Source: Sphingobacteriales bacterium (GTDB lineage Bacteria; Bacteroidota; Bacteroidia; Sphingobacteriales; Sphingobacteriaceae). From it: 64,000 bases of DNA. The notes beneath the pieces are model-generated. The model was not told where the DNA came from. It saw only the letters and a list, made by a program, of their open reading frames with translations, and searched no databases. Every line of letters starts with the position of its first letter. Position 1 is the first letter of the stretch. The translations under genes were made by a program, and so were the position numbers. This document shows, one piece after another, positions 47,428 through 57,114 of this stretch. The stretch is taken from the NCBI GenBank assembly GCA_004293485.1, contig RDYW01000033.1, positions 28,649-92,648 on the forward strand, in the 5' to 3' direction.

Positions 47428-48348
47428 CTAAAGCTGATATTGCTGAAAAAAATTCCAAATTAAATCATTGGTGTTTAAGGTTTTCGAAGGTTCATCGCCC
47501 ATGGCACTACCTTTTAGTCCTCCTGCCCAAGCATGTCCGCCATCGTTGCTAAGGTAATATTCGATATGGGTATTGTTTGTGCAATTGTTCCATTTTGTTA
47601 GGGTATAATTATTGTTCTTGCTTACTACTTTTTGCATTGCAGGGCAGTTATTGTACGTAGCCCATGCTTGTAAGCCTGTTAATACGGCTGGGTAATTTAC
47701 ACCCGAAGGGCCAATGCCTAGCCCTCCTTCGATAGGCACATTTTTATCTAGCAACGAGTGTATGTGCACTATGGGCACAGCCCTAATGGCTTTTAAGGGT
47801 TGGTTTGTAACCATAGTACAAGCACTTACACCAATGGCTGCAATTTTATGGCTAAGTTCGCTGGCAAGCCTGTAAGCCATCATACCTCCGTTTGAGTGGC
47901 CTGTAGCATATACTTTTTTAGGGTTAATTTTATAATTGGCTAACAGTTTATCTATTAAGGCACTAATAAAAGCTACATCGTTGGTATTGCTATTTACTGC
48001 GTAACCGCAGCATAGGCCTGCATTCCAAGTTGCTATACCTAGGGGGCTAGGTATGCCATCGGGATATACAACTATAAAATTTGAGGTATTGGCTTTTTGT
48101 GTTAGTAAAGATGTTTTTTCGAATTGTGCTGCATTGCCACCACCGCCATGCATAGCAATAACTAGCGACAAATTATTGGTTTCGTAATAATTGGGTGGTA
48201 GGTTTAGCAGATAATTTCGCTGTTCGCCATTTAGGGTAATGCTTTCGTTAAACCTGTATATTTTATCGGTTTCGGCTTGGTTTTTTTTCTTACAACTTAT
48301 TAATAAAGTGAATAAAAGGCATAAGGTTAAGTATGGTTTAATTTTCAT
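47428..48348 (-). CDS. PHB-depolymerase/LpqC-like esterase lipoprotein
   Basis: Lipobox LISC; AMHGGGG, VVYPDG, WNAGLCCG, GHSNGG, GGHAW. Confidence 0.85.
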   Translation of the reverse strand: MKIKPYLTLCLLFTLLISCKKKNQAETDKIYRFNESITLNGEQRNYLLNLPPNYYETNNLSLVIAMHGGGGNAAQFEKTSLLTQKANTSNFIVVYPDGIPSPLGIATWNAGLCCGYAVNSNTNDVAFISALIDKLLANYKINPKKVYATGHSNGGMMAYRLASELSHKIAAIGVSACTMVTNQPLKAIRAVPIVHIHSLLDKNVPIEGGLGIGPSGVNYPAVLTGLQAWATYNNCPAMQKVVSKNNNYTLTKWNNCTNNTHIEYYLSNDGGHAWAGGLKGSAMGDEPSKTLNTNDLIWNFFQQYQL

Positions 48349-48509
48349 TGCTTAATTTTTTTTATTTTTTTAATACGATAGCTACAATTAATAATGGTTT
48401 AATATTTTGAAAAAAAATGTAAAAATATAACCAAAAATTATTGCATAAAGTAGTGTAAAAAAGTTAAAACTTAAACTAAGTAGGCTACTGATAGGTAAAA
48501 ATAGTGGCG

Positions 48510-49085
48510 CTAGAGTGTTATGGCATCCATTATTTCTTTACCCATAGGGTTAATGCTACTAGGAAAAAATTTTACCAATTCTCCTTTTTCGTTTATCAAA
48601 TATTTACAAAAATTCCATGTAGGGGCTTGTTCGTTCCAGCCGTTTTGGTTTTTATTGGTAAGCCATTGGTATAAGGGCGAAATGGTATTGCCTTTAGCAT
48701 TTATTTTTTGGAATATCTGAAAAGTAACACCGTAATTTTTTTCACAAAAAGACTGTATTGTACTTGCATTTCCTGGTTCTTGCCCTCCAAAATCATCGCA
48801 AGGGAAGGCTAAAACTATTACTTTGTTGCCAAAGGTTTCGTGTAGTTTTTGTAGTTCTTTATATTGTGGAGTGTAGCCACATTCGGATGCTGTGTTTACT
48901 ATCAATACTTTTTTACCTGCAAATTTTGCAAAATCAATTACTTTGCCGTCGATGGCATTAAGTTTAAAGGTGTAAAATATACTTTTGCTATTGATTTCAG
49001 TAATCATATGGGCTGGTTTTGATATAGTTTTTCCACCTCCAAAACAGGAGGTTAAAAACATGAATATGCTGTAAAGTAGTTTCAA
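48510..49085 (-). CDS. Glutathione peroxidase family protein with lipoprotein-type signal
   Basis: IVNTASECGYTPQY, AFPCDDFGGQEPG, WNFCKYLI; N-terminal FLTSC. Confidence 0.92.
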   Translation of the reverse strand: MKLLYSIFMFLTSCFGGGKTISKPAHMITEINSKSIFYTFKLNAIDGKVIDFAKFAGKKVLIVNTASECGYTPQYKELQKLHETFGNKVIVLAFPCDDFGGQEPGNASTIQSFCEKNYGVTFQIFQKINAKGNTISPLYQWLTNKNQNGWNEQAPTWNFCKYLINEKGELVKFFPSSINPMGKEIMDAITL

Positions 49086-49191
49086 GGTATTTATTTTAAC
49101 GAGTTGTTAATATTTTGGTTCAAAATTAAAATAAAAGCAATTGTTTTTAAGCCCCAAAAAGCAAACAAGCGATATAAGAGTGGGCTGTAAT

Positions 49192-50826
49192 TTAATCTAC
49201 GTTGTCATGCAAAAAAGAATTGTTTGGCCGTATTTCGGTTTGTCCATCCTCTAGCGAAAGCGTAAAACGAGAAACTATTGATTCCGAGGAATGGGGAACA
49301 TTATCCATAAGCATTTGCTTACGCTTATAGGCTGGTTCGTTTTCCATTTCTTGTAAGCCATTACTGGTGCGCAGTTTCATGCTTAAATCTTTTAAACGCA
49401 AAATGCGTTCTTTCGATTTTCGCAATTGTTCTTCCATCGATTCGTCGTTTTTATGCGCATCTACATCCACCAATTTTGGTGTTTCGGCAACAGGTGCAGC
49501 GGGTATAAAAACAGGCGTAGCAAATTCCGATTCCGAAATTTTAACATCAAACTTTAAAGCCGATGGTTCTTCGATTTCGGTAGGGGCTTCTTCTTTTTCT
49601 TCCTCTACCAATTGGTGTTTAATTATATCTTCACCAATATATTTGGTATCGCTTATCCAAGTGTTTTTTTCTTTTGTTGCGAAGGTGTGGCCAAATAAAT
49701 CAATCTGTTGCTTATCTTCTTTTTTAGGCACAGGCTGGCTATGCTCGGCAAGGGGTTTAATAAAATTATTGCTTGCTTGTAATACTTGGGCAACAGGTTT
49801 TATCAATGGGTTTTCGGCGTTTAAGTATTGTTTTACGGGTACGCTTTGGCGGGTTTGTTCCCGCTCTTCTTTGGTTTGAAAACCAGTAGCAATAATGGTT
49901 ACCGATATTTTTTCGCCTAGGTTTTCATCGCTACAGTTTCCCCATATTAAATCGGCCGATAGGCCTGCTTGTTCCTGTATAAAATCGGTAATAATGCTTA
50001 CCTCATCCATGGTAACTTCTTTAGTGCCCGAGCTTATGTTTAACAAAATATAGCTTGCACCTTCAATCTCGTTATCTTTTAATAATGGCGATGATAGCGC
50101 ACCTTTTACAGCTTTAAATGCCCGTTCTTCGCCCTCGGCCGAAAAACTTCCCATAATAGATACACCGCTATCTTTCATTACGGTACGTACATCTTTAAAA
50201 TCAACGTTTATGTATCCTGGTAAAGTAATAATTTCGGCAATGCCTTTAGCGGCGGTGGTTAATATATCATCGGCCTGGCCAAATGCCGAACCTAGGGTAA
50301 GGTTACCAAAAATCTCGCGAAGGCGATCGTTAGAAATTACAAGGTACGAATCTACATTTTTCTTCAGCTCTTCCAGCCCATCTTCGGCCTGCATTTTACG
50401 GCGTTTTCCTTCGAACGAAAAAGGCGTAGTAATAATGGCTACTGTTAGTATATCTAATTCGCGGGCTGCTTTAGCAATAATTGGGCTTGCGCCTGTGCCT
50501 GTGCCGCCGCCCATACCTGCGGTTATAAACAGCATTCGGGTATTGCTACCCAGCATATCTTTTATATCATCAATATTTTCGATGGCCGAGTTTTTACCCA
50601 CTTCGGGTATCGAACCTGCGCCCATTCCCTCGGTTAGGCTAGCACCTAATTGTACCTTATTGGGTATAGGGCTTAGCTCGAGTGCTTGGGCATCGGTGTT
50701 ACAAATAATAAAATCTACACCGGCTATGCCTTGCCTATACATGTGGTTTACAGCATTGCCACCGCCACCGCCTACACCTATTACTTTAATAATAGATGAT
50801 TTTTCTTTTAGCATTTCAAACTTCAT
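49192..50826 (-). CDS. ftsZ: Cell division protein FtsZ
   Basis: GVGGGGGNAV, GMGGGTGTG, NVDFKDV; long linker; C-terminal SFLHDNVD. Confidence 0.98.
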   Translation of the reverse strand: MKFEMLKEKSSIIKVIGVGGGGGNAVNHMYRQGIAGVDFIICNTDAQALELSPIPNKVQLGASLTEGMGAGSIPEVGKNSAIENIDDIKDMLGSNTRMLFITAGMGGGTGTGASPIIAKAARELDILTVAIITTPFSFEGKRRKMQAEDGLEELKKNVDSYLVISNDRLREIFGNLTLGSAFGQADDILTTAAKGIAEIITLPGYINVDFKDVRTVMKDSGVSIMGSFSAEGEERAFKAVKGALSSPLLKDNEIEGASYILLNISSGTKEVTMDEVSIITDFIQEQAGLSADLIWGNCSDENLGEKISVTIIATGFQTKEEREQTRQSVPVKQYLNAENPLIKPVAQVLQASNNFIKPLAEHSQPVPKKEDKQQIDLFGHTFATKEKNTWISDTKYIGEDIIKHQLVEEEKEEAPTEIEEPSALKFDVKISESEFATPVFIPAAPVAETPKLVDVDAHKNDESMEEQLRKSKERILRLKDLSMKLRTSNGLQEMENEPAYKRKQMLMDNVPHSSESIVSRFTLSLEDGQTEIRPNNSFLHDNVD

Positions 50827-50892
50827 ATACTTAATATTCAGTTTTTTAAATTAATTTACACTTAGGTTAATATGTATTGTAATGATATAACT

Positions 50893-50950
50893 TTTTCCAC
50901 AATGGTTTTCCACAAATGTTAGCCTGTTGAAAAATAAAAAATGTTGATAA
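50893..50950. promoter_or_regulatory. Cluster of four DnaA-box-like 9-mers
   Basis: TTTTCCACA at 50893 and 50906 (match TTWTNCACA); reverse TTTTCAACA at 50925-50933 and TTATCAACA at 50942-50950 (one mismatch each). Confidence 0.6.
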
Positions 50951-51030
50951 CTTAATTTTCTAAGCAGTTAAACATGTAACTAACTAGCTTCAATTGTTAT
51001 ATATAATGTATTTTTTTAAAATTATAATTT

Positions 51031-51177
51031 GGGCGTTTCCTGCCTGCGCAGGCAGGTAACACGCTTTCCACTACCTGCTTGCCAGCAGGCAAGTATCTTT
51101 TTTTTATTGCCCCCCATTTGCCAATTGCCCAAGATGGGGGGCAATAAAAAAAAGGATGCCGTTGCAATCGTTAACGC
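51031..51177. repeat. REP/MITE-like palindromic element, copy B, carrying two nested CCTGCCTGC-type palindromes
   Basis: GGGCGTTT[CCTGCCTGCGCAGGCAGG]TAACACGCTTTCCACTA[CCTGCTTGCCAGCAGGCAAG]TATCTTTTTTTT-hairpin ATTGCCCCCCAT/ATGGGGGGCAAT-AAAAAAAAGGATGCCGTTGCAATCGTTAACGC. Confidence 0.85.
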
Positions 51178-51239
51178 TCTTAAACAATGTTTAAACATGA
51201 TATTTAATTTCTTTTCAATCATCAAATTAAAATTAATAA

Positions 51240-52583
51240 TTACTTTAAAAAATCAGTATCGCTAATATCGTCTTTAATAAATTTTTTGCTTCCCTCAATT
51301 ATTGAAGCGAATAAGCCTTTTGATTTTGTAGGCTCGGCACTAATTTTAGTTTGCTTTGCTGTGGTGTTATCTTTAAGCATTTCGTCTTCTATTTTTTGGA
51401 TGCCTTTCATCAATAAACCAATACCTGTGGCGTACATGGGGCTTTTTAAATCTTCATATACATTTTTAGGCAGGGCTTCGTTTTTGGCCAAATGTTCGGT
51501 AGGGTAACCCACCCTACAATCGAAACCGGTAATAAATTCTACCAATTGGGTTACATGTTTTAGCTGCGCTCCACCGCCTGTAATTACGATACCGCCTATG
51601 AGTTTATTTTCGTAGTTGGACGATTTTATTTCGTAATACACATGTTCGATAATTTCTTCCATGCGGGCTTGTATTACATTGGCTAGGTTTTTTATCGATA
51701 TTTCTTTGGGTTCGCGGCCACGCAAGCTGGGTACGCATACAATTTCGTTGTCTTTATTTTCATCGGCCAGGGCCGAACCAAATTTAACTTTTAGCAGCTC
51801 GGCTTGGTTGCGCATAACGGCGCAGCCTTCTTTAATATCTTCGGTAATGCTATTGCCTCCAAAAGGGATTACTGCCGTATGGCGGATAATACCTTCGTGA
51901 AAAATAGCTACATCAGTAGTGCCACCGCCTACATCAACCAATACTACGCCGGCTTCTTTTTCTTCGTCGCTTAATACCGATTCGGACGATGCCAAAGGTT
52001 CTAATATCAAATCCTGTGTTTCTAAATCGGCATTGGTAACGCATTTCATAATATTTTTAATGGCGGTAACTTGGCCGGTTATAATATGAAAATTAGCTTC
52101 GAGCCTTACGCCAGCCATACCAATAGGGTCTTTTACACCAGGCTCGTTATCTACGGTAAACTCTTGCGGAAGCACATGAATAATTTCTTCGCCGGGGTTC
52201 ATGGCTAGTTTAAACATATCGTCGATTAGGCGGTCGATATCTTTTTTGCAAATTTCGGAGCTTAAATCTTTACGGGTTAATATGCCTCGGTGTTGTAGGC
52301 TTTTAATATGCTGCCCAGCAATACCTACGCTTACCACTCTAATATCCACATTTGATTGTGCACTGCCTTCTTTTACAGCATCTACAATGCCTTTTACAGT
52401 TTTTGCAATGTTAGATACTACGCCACGGGTTACTCCAGCCGATTCGGCTTTGCCCAAGCCCAGTACCTCTATTTTACCGTACTCGTTTCGGCGGCCTACA
52501 ATTACGCATATTTTGGTAGTACCAATATCCAACCCAACTACTATGGGCGAATTTTTACCTTGTTTTGTGATGCCTTTTTCCAT
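51240..52583 (-). CDS. ftsA: Cell division protein FtsA
   Basis: GLDIGTTKI, GVTRGVV, VLVDVGGGTTD, IPFGGNSIT, ITGGGAQL, YATGIGL. Confidence 0.97.
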   Translation of the reverse strand: MEKGITKQGKNSPIVVGLDIGTTKICVIVGRRNEYGKIEVLGLGKAESAGVTRGVVSNIAKTVKGIVDAVKEGSAQSNVDIRVVSVGIAGQHIKSLQHRGILTRKDLSSEICKKDIDRLIDDMFKLAMNPGEEIIHVLPQEFTVDNEPGVKDPIGMAGVRLEANFHIITGQVTAIKNIMKCVTNADLETQDLILEPLASSESVLSDEEKEAGVVLVDVGGGTTDVAIFHEGIIRHTAVIPFGGNSITEDIKEGCAVMRNQAELLKVKFGSALADENKDNEIVCVPSLRGREPKEISIKNLANVIQARMEEIIEHVYYEIKSSNYENKLIGGIVITGGGAQLKHVTQLVEFITGFDCRVGYPTEHLAKNEALPKNVYEDLKSPMYATGIGLLMKGIQKIEDEMLKDNTTAKQTKISAEPTKSKGLFASIIEGSKKFIKDDISDTDFLK

Positions 52584-52586
52584 TTT

Positions 52587-53465
52587 TTATAGCATTTTTT
52601 TTATTGAATCTTTTACAATTTTTTTAATCGTTTTTTGAATTAAACTATCGGCAACTGCCGTTTTTAAGGTGTCGGGTTTATGATATAAGGTATCTCGTTT
52701 TTCGCATACAATTTGCCCTTTATAACTTAGGTTAATGCTGCTGTAAGTTTGCCAGCCTACCTTGGGCATGGCTTTTTTATAAAATATATATAGGTTTTTA
52801 AATTTATTGCTTAGGCTATCGGCATTGCCTAAAATAATTTTTTGGTTGCCTAAACGGGGTACAAGTTCAATAACGTTATTTTGTGTTACATACACTTGCT
52901 CTATCTGCTCGTTCCATAAAGTATCGGTAGCAATAAAATGGGCAATGGCAAATACGCTTTTGCCCATCGGGGTTTTTAGCGTATCTATTTTACCATTAAA
53001 TGCTTCGTTAATAGCCCCATTGGCTACCAAAACCCTGGCGGTATAATGGCTTGATAGTGGTATTTTTAACCCTTGGGCATCTACATAAAAATCTTGCCCT
53101 GCGGTGTTAAATATGCGCAATATGGGTTCACGTTGTGTGATTTCGGCGTGTAGCGTACCTTCCATATCGGCGTAAACTTTGGCAAACAGTATAAAAGGAT
53201 TTGCTTTTAGTTTATCCTCTAGGTTTTGGATATTGATATAACGTAACCTTTTACCCACCAATTGTTTGTTATTGGCGTTTAAAATTTCGTCAACCTCGGC
53301 TTGTTCAATAAAAAACTGGTTGCCGGGCAATAGTACTTTTACTGTTTTGCAGGTTAATTCGGTTTTTTGGGTTTCGATAAAACTCATTAGCACCAGCAAT
53401 CCCGATAGGCTAATTGCCCACGCAAAAGTGTTAAATACCAAACGCCAGTTTATTTTTTTAAGCAT
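52587..53465 (-). CDS. ftsQ: Cell division protein FtsQ/DivIB
   Basis: Single TM, POTRA region, QREPILRI, ELVPRLG, YKGQIVC; dcw position. Confidence 0.88.
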   Translation of the reverse strand: MLKKINWRLVFNTFAWAISLSGLLVLMSFIETQKTELTCKTVKVLLPGNQFFIEQAEVDEILNANNKQLVGKRLRYINIQNLEDKLKANPFILFAKVYADMEGTLHAEITQREPILRIFNTAGQDFYVDAQGLKIPLSSHYTARVLVANGAINEAFNGKIDTLKTPMGKSVFAIAHFIATDTLWNEQIEQVYVTQNNVIELVPRLGNQKIILGNADSLSNKFKNLYIFYKKAMPKVGWQTYSSINLSYKGQIVCEKRDTLYHKPDTLKTAVADSLIQKTIKKIVKDSIKKML

Positions 53466-54810
53466 CTTTTAAACTGTTAAGTAAAGGTAAAACCAAGGTA
53501 TCAATATCGCCAGCACCTACGGTTAATAGTAGTTGGGGCTGTTTGTTTTTTATATAATCTAGGGCTTGTTGTTTACTGCAAATTTGCTTTTTATTTAGGG
53601 TAATTTTATCTAACAACATTTGGCTATTTACGTTTTTTATCGGCAGCTCGCGGGCTGGGTAAATATCTAACAATACCAAATCATCGGCAGTGCTTAAAAC
53701 GTGTGCAAAGGCATCGGCAAAATCCCGGGTACGGGTAAATAAATGTGGCTGAAAAATTACGGTTAATTCCTTATCGGGATATAAGGTTTTTATCGCTGTA
53801 AAGCAAGCCTTTAACTCTTCGGGGTGGTGGGCATAATCGTCCACATATATTTTATTAGCTTTAAGCTGATACTCGAAACGCCTTTTTACCCCCTTAAATG
53901 AGTGTAATGCTTCACGAATTCGGTTTACATCAATATCCATTAAAAGTGCTACTTGTATGGCAGCAACGGCGTTTTCGATATTGTGCTGGCCAGGCAAACC
54001 TAAAATTAAGCCTTCTAATTGTAGGTTTTGATTTTTAAAATCGAACACAAATGCACCGTTTTCTATACGAATATTATAGGCTTGGGCATCGGCTTTGCCA
54101 GTAATTGAATAGGTTGTGCCTGTGCTTACATCGAGCCCCAGCTTGGCAATTAAGGTACCATCGGGTTTTATTTGCGAGGCAAATAATTGGAACGATTGCA
54201 CCAAGTGGCTTTCGTCGCCATAAATATCCAGGTGGTCGGCATCCATTGATGTTATAATGGCAATATCGGGATGTAGGGTAAGGAACGATCTATCGTACTC
54301 ATCGGCTTCCACCACCAAAACATTATTAGTTCCAAACAGCACATTGGTATTGTAATTGCTGCTTATGCCCCCCAAAAATGCCGAACAATTATTGCCCGAA
54401 CTTTGTAAAATATGTGCTATTAAACAACTGGTGGTGGTTTTGCCGTGTGTGCCTGCCACAGCAACGGTAAACATACCTTTGGATAATATGCCTAAAACCT
54501 GCGAACGTTTTTGCAGCTCGAACCCGTTTTGTTTAAAATAATTTAAAATGGGCGAGTTTGCGGGTATGGCTGGGGTGTAAATAATTAAGGTGTTAGGCGT
54601 GTTTACCGTAAACGCTTGCGGAATTTTATCAACGCTATCATCGTAATTTACCGCCATACCTTCGGCAATTAAAGCCAAGGTTAGGGGTGTTTCGGTTTTA
54701 TCGTAACCGCACACTTGGCAACCAATGTGGTGAAAGTAGCGAGCAAGTCCGCTCATACCTATGCCACCTATACCTACTAAATAAACTTTTTGTATATCGG
54801 CTAGTATCAT
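53458..54810 (-). CDS. murC: UDP-N-acetylmuramate-L-alanine ligase
   Basis: GIGGIGMSG, AGTHGKTTT, EADEYDRSF, DADHLD, GVKRRF, DDYAHHP. Confidence 0.97.
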   Translation of the reverse strand: MILADIQKVYLVGIGGIGMSGLARYFHHIGCQVCGYDKTETPLTLALIAEGMAVNYDDSVDKIPQAFTVNTPNTLIIYTPAIPANSPILNYFKQNGFELQKRSQVLGILSKGMFTVAVAGTHGKTTTSCLIAHILQSSGNNCSAFLGGISSNYNTNVLFGTNNVLVVEADEYDRSFLTLHPDIAIITSMDADHLDIYGDESHLVQSFQLFASQIKPDGTLIAKLGLDVSTGTTYSITGKADAQAYNIRIENGAFVFDFKNQNLQLEGLILGLPGQHNIENAVAAIQVALLMDIDVNRIREALHSFKGVKRRFEYQLKANKIYVDDYAHHPEELKACFTAIKTLYPDKELTVIFQPHLFTRTRDFADAFAHVLSTADDLVLLDIYPARELPIKNVNSQMLLDKITLNKKQICSKQQALDYIKNKQPQLLLTVGAGDIDTLVLPLLNSLKDA

Positions 54811-55919
54811 ATTTTATGGGCTAGTTTAAATATTTGTTTGGCAATATCCGTATCGGCATTGGGCAAGGCTAGTTGGGCAATATTGTTGCTTAGGCTTTGC
54901 ATTAGTTTGCTATCGTTTAATAGTTTTATAGCAGCATCAACTAAATCGGTTTCGGCATTTTTATCGGTTACCAAAAGGGCGCAATTTTTATCAATTAATG
55001 CGTTGGCGTTTTTGGTTTGATGGTCTTCGGCCACGTTAGGCGATGGCACTAAAATTACAGGTTTTTGTACCATACACAGTTCGGCAATGGTGCCTGCTCC
55101 CGCTCTGGAAATGATAACATCGGCGGCAGCGTAGGCAAAATCCATGCGGTTTAAAAACTCGTAAATTTTTATGCCAGCATCTTTACTTCGGTTGCCGTAT
55201 TGTTCAATAATTCCCTTGTAATAGTATTTACCTGTTTGCCATATTAGTTGTATATGGTTTTCTTCGAGCTTGGCTAACCCTGCTAATATGGTTTTGTTTA
55301 GCGTACCAGCGCCTAGGCTTCCGCCAGTAAGTAGTATGGTTTTTTTTATCGGCGATAAGCCAAAATATTGTAAAGCTTCGTTTCGTTTACCTTCAATAGC
55401 TACCGATGCTTGCCTAATAGGGTTGCCTGTTTTTATAATTTTACTAGCTGCAAAAAAGGCTTCCATCCCATCAAAAGCTACACATATTTTACTGGCTTTT
55501 TTACCTAAATATTTATTGGTAATGCCTGCATACGAGTTTTGTTCTTGTATTAAAATAGGCACATTTTTTAACGATGCCGCATACAATAAAGGCCCCGATG
55601 CGTAGCCGCCTACACCTACCACCACATTGGGCTTAAAGTTTTTAATAATGGTGCTGGCATGTAGCACACTTTTTAATACCTTAAACGGAAGGGCTAAATT
55701 TTTTAATAAATTATTACGCTGAAAACCTTTAATATCTAAACCAATAATTTGATAGCCTGCGGCGGGTACTTTATCCATCTCCATTTTGCCCAGTGCACCT
55801 ACAAAAAGTATTTGGGTGCGGCTATCTATTTGGCGCAAAGCATTGGCAATAGCAATAGCAGGGAAAATATGCCCCCCAGTGCCGCCGCCGCTAATGATAA
55901 TTCGTTTTGCTGTTTCCAT
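54807..55919 (-). CDS. murG: Undecaprenyl-PP-MurNAc-pentapeptide N-acetylglucosaminyl transferase
   Basis: GGGTGGHIFP, GGYASGP, EQNSYAG, GNPIR, GGSLGA, SRAGA, EDHQTKNA. Confidence 0.97.
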   Translation of the reverse strand: METAKRIIISGGGTGGHIFPAIAIANALRQIDSRTQILFVGALGKMEMDKVPAAGYQIIGLDIKGFQRNNLLKNLALPFKVLKSVLHASTIIKNFKPNVVVGVGGYASGPLLYAASLKNVPILIQEQNSYAGITNKYLGKKASKICVAFDGMEAFFAASKIIKTGNPIRQASVAIEGKRNEALQYFGLSPIKKTILLTGGSLGAGTLNKTILAGLAKLEENHIQLIWQTGKYYYKGIIEQYGNRSKDAGIKIYEFLNRMDFAYAAADVIISRAGAGTIAELCMVQKPVILVPSPNVAEDHQTKNANALIDKNCALLVTDKNAETDLVDAAIKLLNDSKLMQSLSNNIAQLALPNADTDIAKQIFKLAHKI

Positions 55920-55923
55920 ATAT

Positions 55924-57102
55924 TTATGCCATTGCTGGGATTTCGCCTACAATAATTTTGTCTTTATTTTTTAAATTCTCGGCTTTATATTCTTCCACAT
56001 CTTTACTTACCGATAGTATGATGCCAAAGGCTATACTGGTAAATAAAATGCTGGTTCCGCCCATGCTTACTAAGGGCAAAGGCACACCCGTAACGGGGAA
56101 TAAATTTACTGCCACCGCCATATTGGCCAATGCTTGTATGGTTAAACTAAAGCCTAGCCCAGCCGCCAATAATGCTCCAAATGCCTTGGGTGCTTGGGTA
56201 ACTATACGTATAATGCGGTACATTAAAATAAGGTATAATACAATTACAGCAATGCCGCCCAGCATACCATATTCTTCGATGATGATGGCGTAAATAAAAT
56301 CGGAATAGGGGTGGGGTAAAAAATTGCGTTGTATGCTATTGCCCGGGCCTTTGCCAAAAATACCGCCGTTGGCAATGGCTATTTTGGCTTGGTCTTCCTG
56401 AAATGTTTTGTCGGAATGTTGCATTTCGGGGTGCATGTAAGAGTTGATACGAGATTTATAGGTTTCACGCCGTGGGCCAAAAAGCACTAAAATAGCCAGT
56501 AAAATCATCCCACCTAAACACACCAAAGAAATTTGTTTAAAACTTATACGGCCAATTAATAGTATCAATATGCTTACGCCAAATAGCATTAAGGCGGTAG
56601 ATAAATTGGCAATACCAATTAAAATAAACACCACCAATACCGAGCCCATAATGGGGATAAACGCCTGCTTAACATCTTTAATATTCTCCTGCTTTTTGGT
56701 AAGCATGCGGGCTAAAAAGGTTATTAAAGCTAGTTTTGCCATATCCGATGTTTGGAAAGTTAAGCCTGTACCAGGTATGGCTACCCAACGGCTGGCATCG
56801 TTTACATGGCTACCAAAAAGTAGGGTATAAAGTAATAATGGGATGGTAATAATCATTAATATTTTAGAAATACCAGCATAATAGCGGTAGTTTATTAAGT
56901 GCGAACAGTATATTAAACCAAAACCAGCCACAATAAAAATAAAGTGTTTGATAACCAACGACTCGGAGCCTACGCCTTTTTTATGTGCCAACGTACCTGT
57001 AGAACTGTACACCGCCAATACCGAAAGTATGGACAATAGGATGATGATGAGCCATATCCAACGGTCGCCTTTAGTACGGTTTAAAATATTGTTTATCATC
57101 AT
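55924..57102 (-). CDS. ftsW: Peptidoglycan polymerase FtsW
   Basis: Multi-TM, ASRW, FQTSDMAK, GGIFGKGPG, PHPYSDFIY, VTGVPLPLVSMGGTS. Confidence 0.95.
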   Translation of the reverse strand: MMINNILNRTKGDRWIWLIIILLSILSVLAVYSSTGTLAHKKGVGSESLVIKHFIFIVAGFGLIYCSHLINYRYYAGISKILMIITIPLLLYTLLFGSHVNDASRWVAIPGTGLTFQTSDMAKLALITFLARMLTKKQENIKDVKQAFIPIMGSVLVVFILIGIANLSTALMLFGVSILILLIGRISFKQISLVCLGGMILLAILVLFGPRRETYKSRINSYMHPEMQHSDKTFQEDQAKIAIANGGIFGKGPGNSIQRNFLPHPYSDFIYAIIIEEYGMLGGIAVIVLYLILMYRIIRIVTQAPKAFGALLAAGLGFSLTIQALANMAVAVNLFPVTGVPLPLVSMGGTSILFTSIAFGIILSVSKDVEEYKAENLKNKDKIIVGEIPAMA

Positions 57103-57114
57103 TTTGATTGTTAA

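Noticed and set aside
49192-49900. Unusually long FtsZ C-terminal linker
   Set aside because: Long linkers ending in FLHDNVD are normal for Bacteroidota FtsZ.
51022-51265. Mirror-image ORFs 51022-51225 (-) and 51029-51265 (+)
   Set aside because: Artefacts of the palindromic repeat; both strands give similar peptides (LPPI, GGNKKK, CLRRQ).
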